Origin: a virus
Taxonomy: Duplodnaviria; Heunggongvirae; Uroviricota; Caudoviricetes; Demerecviridae
Reading direction: 5' to 3' (one strand)
DNA: 64,000 bases
IMG/VR virus record: IMGVR_UViG_3300042566_001359
Part shown: positions 39,650 to 49,243 of the stretch, piece after piece
How the letters are laid out: the number at the start of each line of letters is the position of its first letter
Numbering within the stretch: the first letter of the stretch is position 1
Notes under the pieces: model-generated
What the model saw: the letters and a program-made list of their open reading frames with translations, nothing else
What the model was told of the DNA's origin: nothing
Databases searched by the model: none
Program-made: the position numbers and the translations under genes

Positions 39650-40164
39650 CTATCTGGCTCTGATTTTTCACAAAAGCCATAAAAAATAAAGCCCATGCCG
39701 TGTTGTAAGACTCTGGCATAACTTTCAAACTCCGTGGGGTGTCGCATACATTTAAAACGGCTGCTAATGCCCACAAGTTCAACCACACACCCTAGACCAC
39801 TTGCAGGTAAAACTTGTTTGATCCGCTTTGTGGTCAGTTTGGCGCGTATGGTTTTACGGTACTGAAATGTGTGACCACTACTATCCACAAACCAAGTCTT
39901 TGATTTTGCAAGTTTAACCAAGTCTGCTAAAAAGTAAACCGCAGTGCGAATTGCAAACAGCTTTTCGCCCTGCGATTTTAGGTGTAGTCTGCGCAAGCCC
40001 AGTGTGCTACCAGGCACGGTTTTATCGTCTATGACTTTAAAGCTCACAGCAGCTTGATTTTGTTCATCAACATAGTTAACCATGTAGTATGTGACACCAT
40101 CACGCTGCTGTGGCTCACGCTCACCTAGCCGGAACACGGGCCAGGTTATTTCCGTTAAATTCAT
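39634..40164 (-). CDS. Hypothetical protein (start uncertain; overlaps 3' end of polymerase gene)
   Basis: ORF 39634..40242 in track. Confidence 0.4.
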   Translation of the reverse strand: MNLTEITWPVFRLGEREPQQRDGVTYYMVNYVDEQNQAAVSFKVIDDKTVPGSTLGLRRLHLKSQGEKLFAIRTAVYFLADLVKLAKSKTWFVDSSGHTFQYRKTIRAKLTTKRIKQVLPASGLGCVVELVGISSRFKCMRHPTEFESYARVLQHGMGFIFYGFCEKSEPDSWRMV

Positions 40165-42418
40165 AGAACTTTTCCCAGTCTCCAAAGCTATAGTCATCAC
40201 CCACGTCTTGGTCAACACCAATGGGTGCGCCAGGGATTTCACAACCCCAACTGTGCTGAGTGTTACGCTTTAGGATCTCGCAGTATTCCACCACATCTTC
40301 GTCTTTTACAAGCGCAACAATCGAGTCATGAACCAACATAAAGATTTTAGCGTCTAAGCCCTTTGCCGAAATCTCATTTGCTGTTCGCATAGCTCCAAGT
40401 AAGTTAACATCACTGGCAAGACTTTGTACTTCGGCATTAATGCCGCTACGGACTTCGTGAGCGGCAATGCCTTTATCTGAGCTAAACACATTAGGTAGTC
40501 TGCGTTTGCGTCCGAAGAATGAGTAAGTGTAACCGTTTTGCTCAATGAATCGTTTTCTGTCATTTAACCACTGTTTTAGTTTGCTGAACTTTGTAAAGTA
40601 TTGTTTGATATCGTCACGGGCTTGTTCTACTGGATAGCTTTCGCCTTCTGGTAAACCCTTGGTAACGGTTTCAGCAACTTTGTTAGCACCCGAACCGTAC
40701 AAGATACCAAAGCTAATAGCTTTAGCACTTTGACGCATACTTCCATACAGCTTTTTAACATCTTCAACTGGACAAGGCAGCGAGAATACCATTTTGGCAA
40801 TTGTTGAGTGGAAGTCGCCGCCACTAGAGAACACTTGTTGCAAGTTCTTGTCACCCGACAACACAGCGGCATAGTACATTTCAGCTGTTGTCAAGTCTTG
40901 CGATACAATCTTATATCCTGCTGGAGCCTGTAAACAACCTTTGATAATAGGGTTGTCCCGAGGAATTTGCTGAGCATTGAACTTCCCACTACTACTAAGA
41001 CGACCACTAGTAGTAAAGATAAGATTAAAATTCGTGCGGATACGACCATCACGGTCAATCTCCGGTAGAATCTTGGAAATGTAGGTATTTTGAATTTTAC
41101 CAAGTTGACGTACCTTTAAAATCGCCGCTGGCAGTGGGTGTTCTTCTGACAACTCACCAAGCACTTCTGCGTCGGTTGAGACTGCTCCTGTAGCAGTCTT
41201 TTTACCAGTAGGGTTAAGTCCCAAATAGTCAAATAACACAACACGAAGTTGCATTACGCTATTGGGATTAAATATCTTACCAGTATCTTGTTCAAATTGT
41301 TTGACTGCTGGGAATGCATACACTAACTTTTTGGCTTCATCAATTTCGTAATCCAAGTACTTTTCAGCAGCAGCCATGCGTTCACGACTAACAGGAATGC
41401 CTACTTCTTCCATGTCCATCAAGAACAATGTGCCTGGAATTAAGATTTCACTATAAACCTTGAGTAGCTTGGGGTTCGCTTGAACAATAGGCCAGAATTT
41501 ATGGAACAAGTCAAATGTAACCGCAGTGTCAATACTAGCGTATTGAGCGATTGTTTCAAACGGAATAAGGTCATAGGTAAAATCTTCTTGCAGCATACCG
41601 TGCTGGGCACAGTAGGACTTTTTGAACTCGTCCAGCGGTGTGTCGTAGTCGCCGTAATCGGTGTACTTTAGGGCCAGTGGTTTCAAACCATGACTATCAG
41701 TTTCGTCAAGCACATAGTGCATAACCATTGTGTCGTGTACACGGTCGCGTGGAAAGTCGATTGCAAGGTGATATTTAATCATCTTGAAGTCGAACTTCAT
41801 GTTGTGAAACACTGGATGGAATGTATTGGCAATTTTTTGTAGCAATGCAATACAAAGTTCGTCTAAACAATCAGTTTCAATATAACGACCCTGATGTGTT
41901 TTGTATGACAGCGACAGCCCTAGCACATAACCGTCACGTGGGTAAAGTGCAGTTGTTTCCGTGTCCCAGGCAACATAGCCTTGGGCATTGTCTAAGATTT
42001 CACGCAAGTACCGCTTGGCTTCAGCAGTATCTTGAATACCTGCATAATCGCCAACTACTTTGGTGGCACGTAGTTCACCACGAACATACTTGTGAATTTT
42101 GTCACAAGCACGTTGAAAGTCTGGTTTGCCTTCTGGCTTAAAAGCAAGCATAGCCGGGTTACTAATGGCAATAAACTTATCGTCCACTAGCTGACCGGCC
42201 ATGTTTGTTACTGACGTAATCTTGGCGTATTCTTTGGCGGCTTCTGCACCTACCAGGATAACGAAATCATAAGGCTCTAGGTCAACCACCAAGTCCACGT
42301 CTTTTTTAAGCAGTTTGGTGATTGGCACCGAACTCATGTGGTAGTGATCAAACTCAAAGTCAAAATAGTCGGTATACCGTGTACGGTTAGGTGCTTTGTC
42401 AATCAACGCAATTTTCAT
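40121..42418 (-). CDS. Family A DNA polymerase with 3'-5' exonuclease domain
   Basis: Exo I VAWDTETTAL; motif B RQSAKAISFGILYGSG; motif C LVHDSIV. Confidence 0.9.
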   Translation of the reverse strand: MKIALIDKAPNRTRYTDYFDFEFDHYHMSSVPITKLLKKDVDLVVDLEPYDFVILVGAEAAKEYAKITSVTNMAGQLVDDKFIAISNPAMLAFKPEGKPDFQRACDKIHKYVRGELRATKVVGDYAGIQDTAEAKRYLREILDNAQGYVAWDTETTALYPRDGYVLGLSLSYKTHQGRYIETDCLDELCIALLQKIANTFHPVFHNMKFDFKMIKYHLAIDFPRDRVHDTMVMHYVLDETDSHGLKPLALKYTDYGDYDTPLDEFKKSYCAQHGMLQEDFTYDLIPFETIAQYASIDTAVTFDLFHKFWPIVQANPKLLKVYSEILIPGTLFLMDMEEVGIPVSRERMAAAEKYLDYEIDEAKKLVYAFPAVKQFEQDTGKIFNPNSVMQLRVVLFDYLGLNPTGKKTATGAVSTDAEVLGELSEEHPLPAAILKVRQLGKIQNTYISKILPEIDRDGRIRTNFNLIFTTSGRLSSSGKFNAQQIPRDNPIIKGCLQAPAGYKIVSQDLTTAEMYYAAVLSGDKNLQQVFSSGGDFHSTIAKMVFSLPCPVEDVKKLYGSMRQSAKAISFGILYGSGANKVAETVTKGLPEGESYPVEQARDDIKQYFTKFSKLKQWLNDRKRFIEQNGYTYSFFGRKRRLPNVFSSDKGIAAHEVRSGINAEVQSLASDVNLLGAMRTANEISAKGLDAKIFMLVHDSIVALVKDEDVVEYCEILKRNTQHSWGCEIPGAPIGVDQDVGDDYSFGDWEKFYEFNGNNLARVPAR

Positions 42419-42629
42419 GTAATAATCCTTGTGATACTTTATTATAGCGTATCTGGGCTAATAGTTCAAGTTTGTTTGTGCTCTCGGGCACGGATAATTG
42501 TGTCCAGCAATTTGTATTCTGTTTCAGCTATCCAGTAGTTGGGACGCTTTAGCCATATGTCTTTCCACTGGTCTCGGAGTATTTTAAGACGATAGGTTGG
42601 CAGGCTATCTAGGTATTCTTCTTTTTGCA

Positions 42630-43496
42630 TTATTTGTTTACATACTCTGCAATCGACCTGACATTTTCACGATCTAAATCGCCGGGGTCTGTGCCGTCTG
42701 GTAAGTCGATGATTTCAACAACAAAGCCCTCTGCTTCAAGCACTGGCTTGAGTGCTTTTGCAGCACTGTTACCTGCCTCGTCCCCGTCAAAAAGCAAGTA
42801 GATGTGCGTGATGCCTTGAGCTCGGAATGGTAACAGTTTTTGTTTTGTGTCATTTTGAAGAGTTTTAGTACCAAAAGCGCATACTGCGTTTTCGCAGCCA
42901 TTGTCGTATAAGTTAAGCATATCAAATATGCCTTCCACCAATACCATTGACGAATAACCACTGGGTAGGTGTGCTGGAAACAGTGGCATTGTTACACCTT
43001 GTGGGTAGTTAACATATCTGGGATTGCCAGCACTCATTGTGTGACGGCCAACAAATACCACTGTTTTTTGCGTAATATCACGAATGGGAAATACAATACG
43101 ATCTTGTAGCTTTTCTACTTGATTGGTATAAAAAGCACCAAAGTGCTTGAGTGTTGCCGGGCTAATACCGCGAAACATTTTAGTCCAAGGTGTGTACCCT
43201 TGTGGCAAGTCCAGTTCACGTCCAAATGATTTTAGTGTGGCTAGCTTTTCTTTGAGTGCCGCAATCTTTACTGGAACCGGATTGGTAAAGACTCCGTAAA
43301 ACTTGAAAAGGTTGGTTTTAAAACCACAAGCAAAACAGTGTGCAACTCCACTTACACGATCAACGCGAAAGCTGGGATTTGAGTCAGGATGTTCTGGGTT
43401 CAAGCACTTGATCAAGTAGTCGCGACCACTGGATTGATAGCCTAGGCCATTCTTTTGAATTAGTTCTAGTACTGGGTCGCTCATTATGCATTCCAA
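42630..43496 (-). CDS. DNA primase (zinc-ribbon + TOPRIM, DnaG/T7-like)
   Basis: CLNPEHPDSNPSF...CFACG zinc finger; LVEGIFD and LFDGDEAG TOPRIM motifs. Confidence 0.85.
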   Translation of the reverse strand: MECIMSDPVLELIQKNGLGYQSSGRDYLIKCLNPEHPDSNPSFRVDRVSGVAHCFACGFKTNLFKFYGVFTNPVPVKIAALKEKLATLKSFGRELDLPQGYTPWTKMFRGISPATLKHFGAFYTNQVEKLQDRIVFPIRDITQKTVVFVGRHTMSAGNPRYVNYPQGVTMPLFPAHLPSGYSSMVLVEGIFDMLNLYDNGCENAVCAFGTKTLQNDTKQKLLPFRAQGITHIYLLFDGDEAGNSAAKALKPVLEAEGFVVEIIDLPDGTDPGDLDRENVRSIAEYVNK

Positions 43497-44872
43497 GGTA
43501 AATCTGCGCCACTGTCATTAACTGCAACTGTTTCTTCTTGCGACTTTTTCACTCGCTTAACCGATTCTTTAGCAGCAGGCTTGTCCACACTCTGTGGCGA
43601 GATGCGTAGTGTGTCCCAGTCAATTGGGCATGTGAAAGCCATCTCCTTGCCACCACGAATCTTAGTTGTTTCGAAAGAAACCGCATTCGTTTCTTTATCA
43701 TGCGCTTCCATTGTAAGCGCGATATCCGCTGCGTCCAAGATGCCTTTGGCAAATCTCGCCTCGCCGTCTTTGTCAATTTGATAAGGAGATACCATGACAA
43801 TTTCGTATTTCCGGGCCAGGTTTTTGAGCTTCTTTGAGACTTCAATCTGTGGCTTCCAATCATACTGGTCGTTTCCTTCTAAGACAATTTGGTTCAAGTA
43901 GTCAACCACAGCAACTTTTAGCTTGTCACCAAACTTTGCTTTGGCTTTGCCGATGTGCAAGTCGATGCTGCTTAGGGTCAGGTCACGGTCATCAACAATA
44001 ATCATTTGATTATCTGCTTTTAACTGAAAGTTTCGTACTAGTGTTTCTTCAAACTTGAATCTGTCACGATGACGTAGGAACTCACTGATAGTTTCGTCAG
44101 CGCCTTCAAACATACCAGCACGAGCTTTTACAACTGCCAGAACTTCAGTGTCAGTTAACTTGTGTTGCTTGAGATTTTGAAGATTAACATTGGCTAGAAT
44201 AGCCAAGTTACGCTCCATAGTCTCTTTGGCAGTCATTTCAATACTGAAATAAATGCAACTGTTACCAGACTCATATTGATTAATAAAAAGATTGCTACAA
44301 CTAATAGATTTGCCGGAGCCTCGTTTACCCCCAATGAGAATGAGTTCTTGGCGAGCAACGCCACCAAGCACACTGTCAAAACTGTTATTAAGGCCAAGAT
44401 AAACACGTTCGCGCTCCAAGTCTTCGGGGTGGCTAAACATCATCATGTCAGCCATTGTAAACACCTTTTCAGATGTATGGGTTTTTTCTTCGATTGTTAG
44501 CGCAATTGTGGCTAAGTTTTCTTTTATTTCGTTTGTGTCGTAGAGTGGCAGTTTATCTACGAACTTATCTAGTAATTTTACCGTTTCACTCTGAGTGTAC
44601 TGGTCGATTAGTGCGTCCAGTGCAACTTCGGCTGAAACGTCTGGTATCTCGGTTAACCGGAGAGTCGCCAGTGTTTTTGACGCCGGACCCTCCCTTAAGG
44701 TTAGTTCGAGTTCATCGAACGACGGAATAGCGCTGTACTTTTCATAGTACTTGTTAACCACGCTATACAAGGAAGAATACGCAGGATCTAAAAACACTAA
44801 CTTGAGCTTGGCCCAGATATCTAGGTTACGTTCTGTTAATAATTTGTTTAAGACTACTGCTGATGTATCCAA
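43484..44872 (-). CDS. Replicative DnaB-like helicase
   Basis: Walker A GGKRGSGKS, RecA-like helicase motifs; start overlaps primase gene. Confidence 0.85.
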   Translation of the reverse strand: MDTSAVVLNKLLTERNLDIWAKLKLVFLDPAYSSLYSVVNKYYEKYSAIPSFDELELTLREGPASKTLATLRLTEIPDVSAEVALDALIDQYTQSETVKLLDKFVDKLPLYDTNEIKENLATIALTIEEKTHTSEKVFTMADMMMFSHPEDLERERVYLGLNNSFDSVLGGVARQELILIGGKRGSGKSISCSNLFINQYESGNSCIYFSIEMTAKETMERNLAILANVNLQNLKQHKLTDTEVLAVVKARAGMFEGADETISEFLRHRDRFKFEETLVRNFQLKADNQMIIVDDRDLTLSSIDLHIGKAKAKFGDKLKVAVVDYLNQIVLEGNDQYDWKPQIEVSKKLKNLARKYEIVMVSPYQIDKDGEARFAKGILDAADIALTMEAHDKETNAVSFETTKIRGGKEMAFTCPIDWDTLRISPQSVDKPAAKESVKRVKKSQEETVAVNDSGADLPWNA

Positions 44873-44873
44873 G

Positions 44874-45173
44874 TTACCCTACTTTCGCTTCATTGTCAAT
44901 AATAACTTGATCTACGATTTCGGTAACTTTGTACATTATCTGATCTCGTAATTTTTTAATATCTTGCTGATACGTTGCACCACTGTCATACAACAAACTC
45001 AATTGCTCGTGAGTTAGTAGCTGTTGTAGCCCAAAATAAATGTGGTCATAAGCCATTGTAGATTCTGGAGTGATTTCTATCTGAGCAGCTTTACCGTAAT
45101 TTTTAACTGCAAAAGAAACTACTTCCTCTACTGTTAAAGATTCATTGTCGTGGTATGTGATTGTAACACGCAT
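44874..45173 (-). CDS. Hypothetical protein
   Basis: 99-aa ORF. Confidence 0.5.
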   Translation of the reverse strand: MRVTITYHDNESLTVEEVVSFAVKNYGKAAQIEITPESTMAYDHIYFGLQQLLTHEQLSLLYDSGATYQQDIKKLRDQIMYKVTEIVDQVIIDNEAKVG

Positions 45174-45190
45174 ACTTTGACCTCCTAAAA

Positions 45191-45227
45191 CAGAAAAAGC
45201 CCGGGAGCTTTATGGGACTCCCGGGCT
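45191..45227 (-). terminator. Rho-independent terminator
   Basis: GCCCGGGAGCTTTATGGGACTCCCGGGC hairpin followed by U-run on minus strand. Confidence 0.7.
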
Positions 45228-45243
45228 ATTGGTTTAAACCAGA

Positions 45244-45993
45244 TTAAGCTGCTGCTTTAGCTTCGGCTTTGGCTTTTTTAGCTGCACCATCATAGTCAGC
45301 AACTTTGATACCACGGCGAGTCAGCAATGTACGCAGACCACGTTCTGTTTTGTCAACAGCAGCTGCAATTTCTGCAACTGTCATGGTGTGAATACGATCA
45401 CCAAGGGCAACCACCGGATCAACGGATTCTTTGGCATGAGATTCGCGCTGTGCTGGAATCTTGCTAATCTGACCTTTGCGTGTCAAGCTCAGGGCTTTAC
45501 CACGAACACTGGCAACAGTCTTGTTGAGCTTGGCAGCGATATCTTCAATAAAGTTACCGGCATCAGCCATTTTCACAAAAGTGGCTTCTTCGGCTTCGGT
45601 ATAAGTACGAGCCACTTCCACTTTTTCAGCTGGCTTTACACTGCCAGTTAGTTCCAGGGCCAGCAATTTGCCTTGGATTTGTTTTGCAGTGAACTTGCCG
45701 TCAGCAAAGTTTTCAGCAATTTCTTTGTAAGTCAAGTTACCTGCATTAGCACTCACGAAATCGGCAAGATCAGCGCCTTCGTCGGGTGTAAATGCACTGG
45801 TTTTTTCTTTTGCAAGACTAGCAACTTCACGGTCAAGTTGACGCAGTTTAGATGCAATACTGCGAGTAGTTTTACCCAGTTGTTCAGCAGCACGCTCAAC
45901 GCTATCAACGCTAACGGGGCTTTCGCTTCCAACGATTTGCATCAGTTGGTCAACAGCTTCGTCAGACCAGTTTTTAGTAGCTTTTTCAGTCAT
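45244..45993 (-). CDS. Hypothetical protein with duplicated helical domain
   Basis: 249 aa; two related ~100-aa repeats; domain also resembles ORF 51641..52006. Confidence 0.5.
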   Translation of the reverse strand: MTEKATKNWSDEAVDQLMQIVGSESPVSVDSVERAAEQLGKTTRSIASKLRQLDREVASLAKEKTSAFTPDEGADLADFVSANAGNLTYKEIAENFADGKFTAKQIQGKLLALELTGSVKPAEKVEVARTYTEAEEATFVKMADAGNFIEDIAAKLNKTVASVRGKALSLTRKGQISKIPAQRESHAKESVDPVVALGDRIHTMTVAEIAAAVDKTERGLRTLLTRRGIKVADYDGAAKKAKAEAKAAA

Positions 45994-46753
45994 TTGTATT
46001 TTCTTTCAAGAAAGTATTTAGGTTTGTTATAATTGGGATGCCAAGTGATTCGGCTTTTTTGCGTTTTGTACTAGCCTTATCTTCTTCATCAACCAAATAG
46101 TCAGTGGTTTTAGTCACAGACTCTACTGCTCTGTATCCGGCAGCTTCCAGTGCTTGATAAGCATCTGCTTTGGTTTTGTAAGAAGATAGTTTTCCAGTGA
46201 TACAAACAGTTTTAGAATTGTTGTTACTGATTGTATTGGAATTTCTATTAGACTTAAAAGAGAACGGCAAAAACTCTCGTAAGTCAGGGAAATCTGTTTG
46301 TAACCAACCAACTAGGTTTTCGGTTACTTTGTCGCCTAAACCGGCTTGTTTGCAGGTTTCGTATGTGATTTGATCAATATGCTCAACCACTTCACAAATC
46401 TTTTTTGATGCTGTGCTGCCAACTAGGGTAATCGAGAAACTTGCTAATACTGTGGCTAAGTCAACAGCTTTGGCACGTTCAATTTCATCAAGTAGTTTTG
46501 CGGCAGTTTTTTCACTGCCCAAGGCTTCTGTTACAGCGTCTAGATCAAGATAGAACAGCTCAGTTAAATCTTGTAAGTCAAGCTTTTCTACTGTCTTTGG
46601 GCCCATGCCTTTGATGCCAAGGGTCTTACAAAAGTGCTCTAGTTTTTTACCCAGCTGTGCACCGCAAGCTGTGTTGCGGCAAAAGAGTTGGTCATTGACC
46701 AATTCAAGTGTGTAGCTACAGCAGGGGCAAACGGTTGGGATTTCGATCTTCAT
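45986..46753 (-). CDS. ligA-C: NAD-dependent DNA ligase, C-terminal fragment (Zn-finger, HhH, BRCT-like)
   Basis: begins MKIEIPTVCPCCSYTLEL...C.N..C (LigA zinc finger), then HhH region LGIKGMGPKTVEKL; own promoter and RBS. Confidence 0.85.
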   Translation of the reverse strand: MKIEIPTVCPCCSYTLELVNDQLFCRNTACGAQLGKKLEHFCKTLGIKGMGPKTVEKLDLQDLTELFYLDLDAVTEALGSEKTAAKLLDEIERAKAVDLATVLASFSITLVGSTASKKICEVVEHIDQITYETCKQAGLGDKVTENLVGWLQTDFPDLREFLPFSFKSNRNSNTISNNNSKTVCITGKLSSYKTKADAYQALEAAGYRAVESVTKTTDYLVDEEDKASTKRKKAESLGIPIITNLNTFLKENTND

Positions 46754-46778
46754 AGTGGTTTATTGCTTTGTAGACTAT

Positions 46779-46807
46779 ATTATAACTGATTGGGACGGCT
46801 TTGACAA
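46779..46807 (-). promoter_or_regulatory. Sigma70-type promoter (TTGTCA-N17-TATAATATAGTCT) driving ligase C-fragment gene
   Basis: minus-strand TACACTTGTCAAAGCCGTCCCAATCAGTTATAATATAGTCT. Confidence 0.6.
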
Positions 46808-46824
46808 GTGTAAATTTTTAGTGC

Positions 46825-47505
46825 TTAAGCTAATGTCCAGCCTTTGTGATGGTTTCTAGTACCTTTTAAAACTTCCGTGAGTTTTGGTTGTAGTAGTCCG
46901 TGTTCTTTGGCAAAATTTGTAACGTGAGTAACTTCATAGACTTTGCCTTCTGGTGATTTTATGGAAGGGTATTGCTTGCCGTAATAGTAAGGTAACTCTT
47001 GTTTTATTCGTATCAGCTCTGCATATTCGTTAGGACATACTTCTGATAGCCAGCAGTGGCTTTCTAAGGCAGCTATGTGCCTTATTGTATATATAGATAT
47101 ACCTGTTATTTCCTCTATTTCACGCTTACTTAATGTAGGAGCTTTCTGTATTAATAATCGTAATACTGAAATATACTGCTCATTAGTATACTTTGCAGTA
47201 CCTGATCTTTCTCCAAACATAATGGGATTACCAGACTCACTAAGAGTATTAAATCCGTTATTTACGGAGTCAAATATTTCTATAGCTTCTTTTTCAGTAC
47301 TATTTAGAGCAGCTATGTTAGCTTCTACCAATAGCTCTAGATTAGGCATTCCGTAGGTATTAAATGCTTGCTGTAATTTAGGTGCAGCTGCATTTCTATT
47401 AAAAGCACTTTTGTGCTTAATAAATCTATCCTCTATATCCAAGGACTGACCTATATAAACCTTATTTGTATAATTAAATCTTAACACATAAATTCCAGTA
47501 GTCAT
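46825..47505 (-). CDS. GIY-YIG homing endonuclease inserted between the two ligase fragments
   Basis: MTTGIYVLRFNYTNKVYIGQS...R..KH motif; C-terminal HKGWTLA; paralogue of 28910..29602. Confidence 0.8.
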   Translation of the reverse strand: MTTGIYVLRFNYTNKVYIGQSLDIEDRFIKHKSAFNRNAAAPKLQQAFNTYGMPNLELLVEANIAALNSTEKEAIEIFDSVNNGFNTLSESGNPIMFGERSGTAKYTNEQYISVLRLLIQKAPTLSKREIEEITGISIYTIRHIAALESHCWLSEVCPNEYAELIRIKQELPYYYGKQYPSIKSPEGKVYEVTHVTNFAKEHGLLQPKLTEVLKGTRNHHKGWTLA

Positions 47506-47524
47506 ATTTACCTCACTTGCTTAT

Positions 47525-47554
47525 ATTATAGCACATGAGGTATAATTTGTCCAA
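47525..47554 (-). promoter_or_regulatory. Sigma70-type promoter (TTGGAC-N18-TATAATATA) for the ligase-interrupting endonuclease
   Basis: minus-strand TTGGACAAATTATACCTCATGTGCTATAATATAAG then ATG. Confidence 0.5.
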
Positions 47555-47564
47555 CCAAAATTTT

Positions 47565-48515
47565 TTATGCATCAACTTTATGTAAAATACACGGAATAAT
47601 CATGCCTGCGCGAATAACGGCCACGGTGTCGCCAATACGCAAGTCTAGCATTTGAATAAAACCAGGATTATTAAGAGTAGCACGACTGACGAGAGCATCG
47701 CCAATAAGCACAGGTTCAAGAATTGCCACTGGGCTAACTTTGCCACTCTTGCCGACTTGCCACTCAACTGCAACAAGTTTGGTTTCAACGTGGGCTGCTC
47801 GTTCTTTTTTAGCATACGCACCGCGCGGATGCTTGGCCGTATACCCCATCTCGTAGAACTGACTATTGTTATTGACTCGGAAGACAACACCATCGCACGG
47901 GAATATTTTGTCGAGATCTGGTTCATTGATTACTCCAAAACCTGCCAGTTGCAGTGCTGCCAAGTCTGCGTTAAATGTTTCGTGTAGGCTAGGCTGAACG
48001 CCATAGGCAAAGAAACTCAGTGCTCGTGATTGAAATTCCGACACATCTTTTAAGTTAAGTGCGCCTGCTGCATAGTTGCGAGCATTTTCAATATTGAGTG
48101 GAGCCACAATCTCGCCAGTGATCTGGTAAACGCCTGGCCACGGCACAGTTTGTGGCACAATAGGATTGCCCAAGAACTTGTCAGTTACAATCTGACCTTC
48201 TACACCATCCCCACGGGTAAGAACTCGAACAAGATTACCGTCAACATAAAGTAAGCTAAGAGCTGCCCCATCAAGCTTAATGCTTGTAGCAACCGATCTA
48301 ATACCTTGGAGTGGTTGGGTACCTTCATCTTCGTAATACTTTTGCAGTGAATACATTTGATACAAGTGACGCTCAGTTTTTGAGTTCTGCTTAGCGCCCA
48401 CAGCATTATAGCCTACTGACGCAGCAAGCGCATCAAACTGTGCGTCAGTGATAAATGGGCTACCTGCGTAATACGCGGCTGAAGCTGAGTCGAGATATTG
48501 TGTGATTTTGTTCAT
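47565..48515 (-). CDS. ligA-N: NAD-dependent DNA ligase, N-terminal fragment (adenylation + OB domains)
   Basis: KLDGAA (K-x-DG adenylation motif), LTRGDGVEG, OB-fold motif VAVEWQVGKSGKVSPVAILEPVLIGDALVSRATLNN...GDTVAVIRAGMIIP; stops exactly at OB/Zn-finger boundary. Confidence 0.85.
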   Translation of the reverse strand: MNKITQYLDSASAAYYAGSPFITDAQFDALAASVGYNAVGAKQNSKTERHLYQMYSLQKYYEDEGTQPLQGIRSVATSIKLDGAALSLLYVDGNLVRVLTRGDGVEGQIVTDKFLGNPIVPQTVPWPGVYQITGEIVAPLNIENARNYAAGALNLKDVSEFQSRALSFFAYGVQPSLHETFNADLAALQLAGFGVINEPDLDKIFPCDGVVFRVNNNSQFYEMGYTAKHPRGAYAKKERAAHVETKLVAVEWQVGKSGKVSPVAILEPVLIGDALVSRATLNNPGFIQMLDLRIGDTVAVIRAGMIIPCILHKVDA

Positions 48516-48695
48516 AGCAACTATTATAGCAGTTTAGGGTCGCGGCTTCAAGTGTATTTTTAAAAGTGCTTGCCAAATGCACAGTAAATAGCAAACCACT
48601 TATTAGTGGGATTGCCTTCGTGTGCAGGGTTATAGTGCCAAGCAATATAAGGCATATTTCTACTAATTTGAAAATGCCTACAACCAAAACGTATA

Positions 48696-49076
48696 TTAAA
48701 GAGTAGGTTGCTCATGCTTTTCCTTGATTTTGTTGTAGTAGTGCGTGATAATTTCTTCACCTTCGGCACGGGCACAGATATCCAACATACCATCAATAAT
48801 GCCGCGCATGTTTTCCAGCGAGGCTGGAATGCTTACACCTTCACGGCTAGGAACCCACTCACCTTCATACGACAAAAAGTACTTGCGTAGTTGGATGTAA
48901 GTGGTTTCGCGAAAGTCGTTTACCACTAGTCGAACCTGAAAACCTTTGTCCATGTTTTCTTCGATTAGTTTTTCGTATTGTATATTAGCGTCCATAATTA
49001 TTCCGGTTTTGGCGCCTGTATAATTTTCTGCAGGCTTTTGTGATCTGCTGGCCAAGCCCAGTGTGTGGCAGCCCAA
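48696..49076 (-). CDS. Hypothetical protein
   Basis: 126-aa ORF. Confidence 0.45.
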   Translation of the reverse strand: MGCHTLGLASRSQKPAENYTGAKTGIIMDANIQYEKLIEENMDKGFQVRLVVNDFRETTYIQLRKYFLSYEGEWVPSREGVSIPASLENMRGIIDGMLDICARAEGEEIITHYYNKIKEKHEQPTL

Positions 49077-49243
49077 TCAGTAATACAATTATTTTCTGAG
49101 ATTTGCGACTCCCGACCTACTGCACGCATGGTACTAGACCAATAGTCCCAGTAGGTATCGAGTATTGCACGATCTGAGTAAATCTGGTATACTGCTTCGC
49201 TGGAAGTTTCTGATGCGGGTTCGCAATAAATCCAGTATCTCAT
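48998..49243 (-). CDS. Hypothetical protein (overlaps neighbour; weak)
   Basis: 81-aa ORF, Trp-rich. Confidence 0.3.
   Translation of the reverse strand: MRYWIYCEPASETSSEAVYQIYSDRAILDTYWDYWSSTMRAVGRESQISENNCITDWAATHWAWPADHKSLQKIIQAPKPE

Noticed and set aside
45986-48515. Group I intron carrying the GIY-YIG endonuclease inside the ligase gene
   Set aside because: Only ~130 bp of the 811-bp gap is not endonuclease ORF, too little for a group I catalytic core. The C-terminal ligase fragment has its own promoter, RBS and ATG, which favours a split gene.
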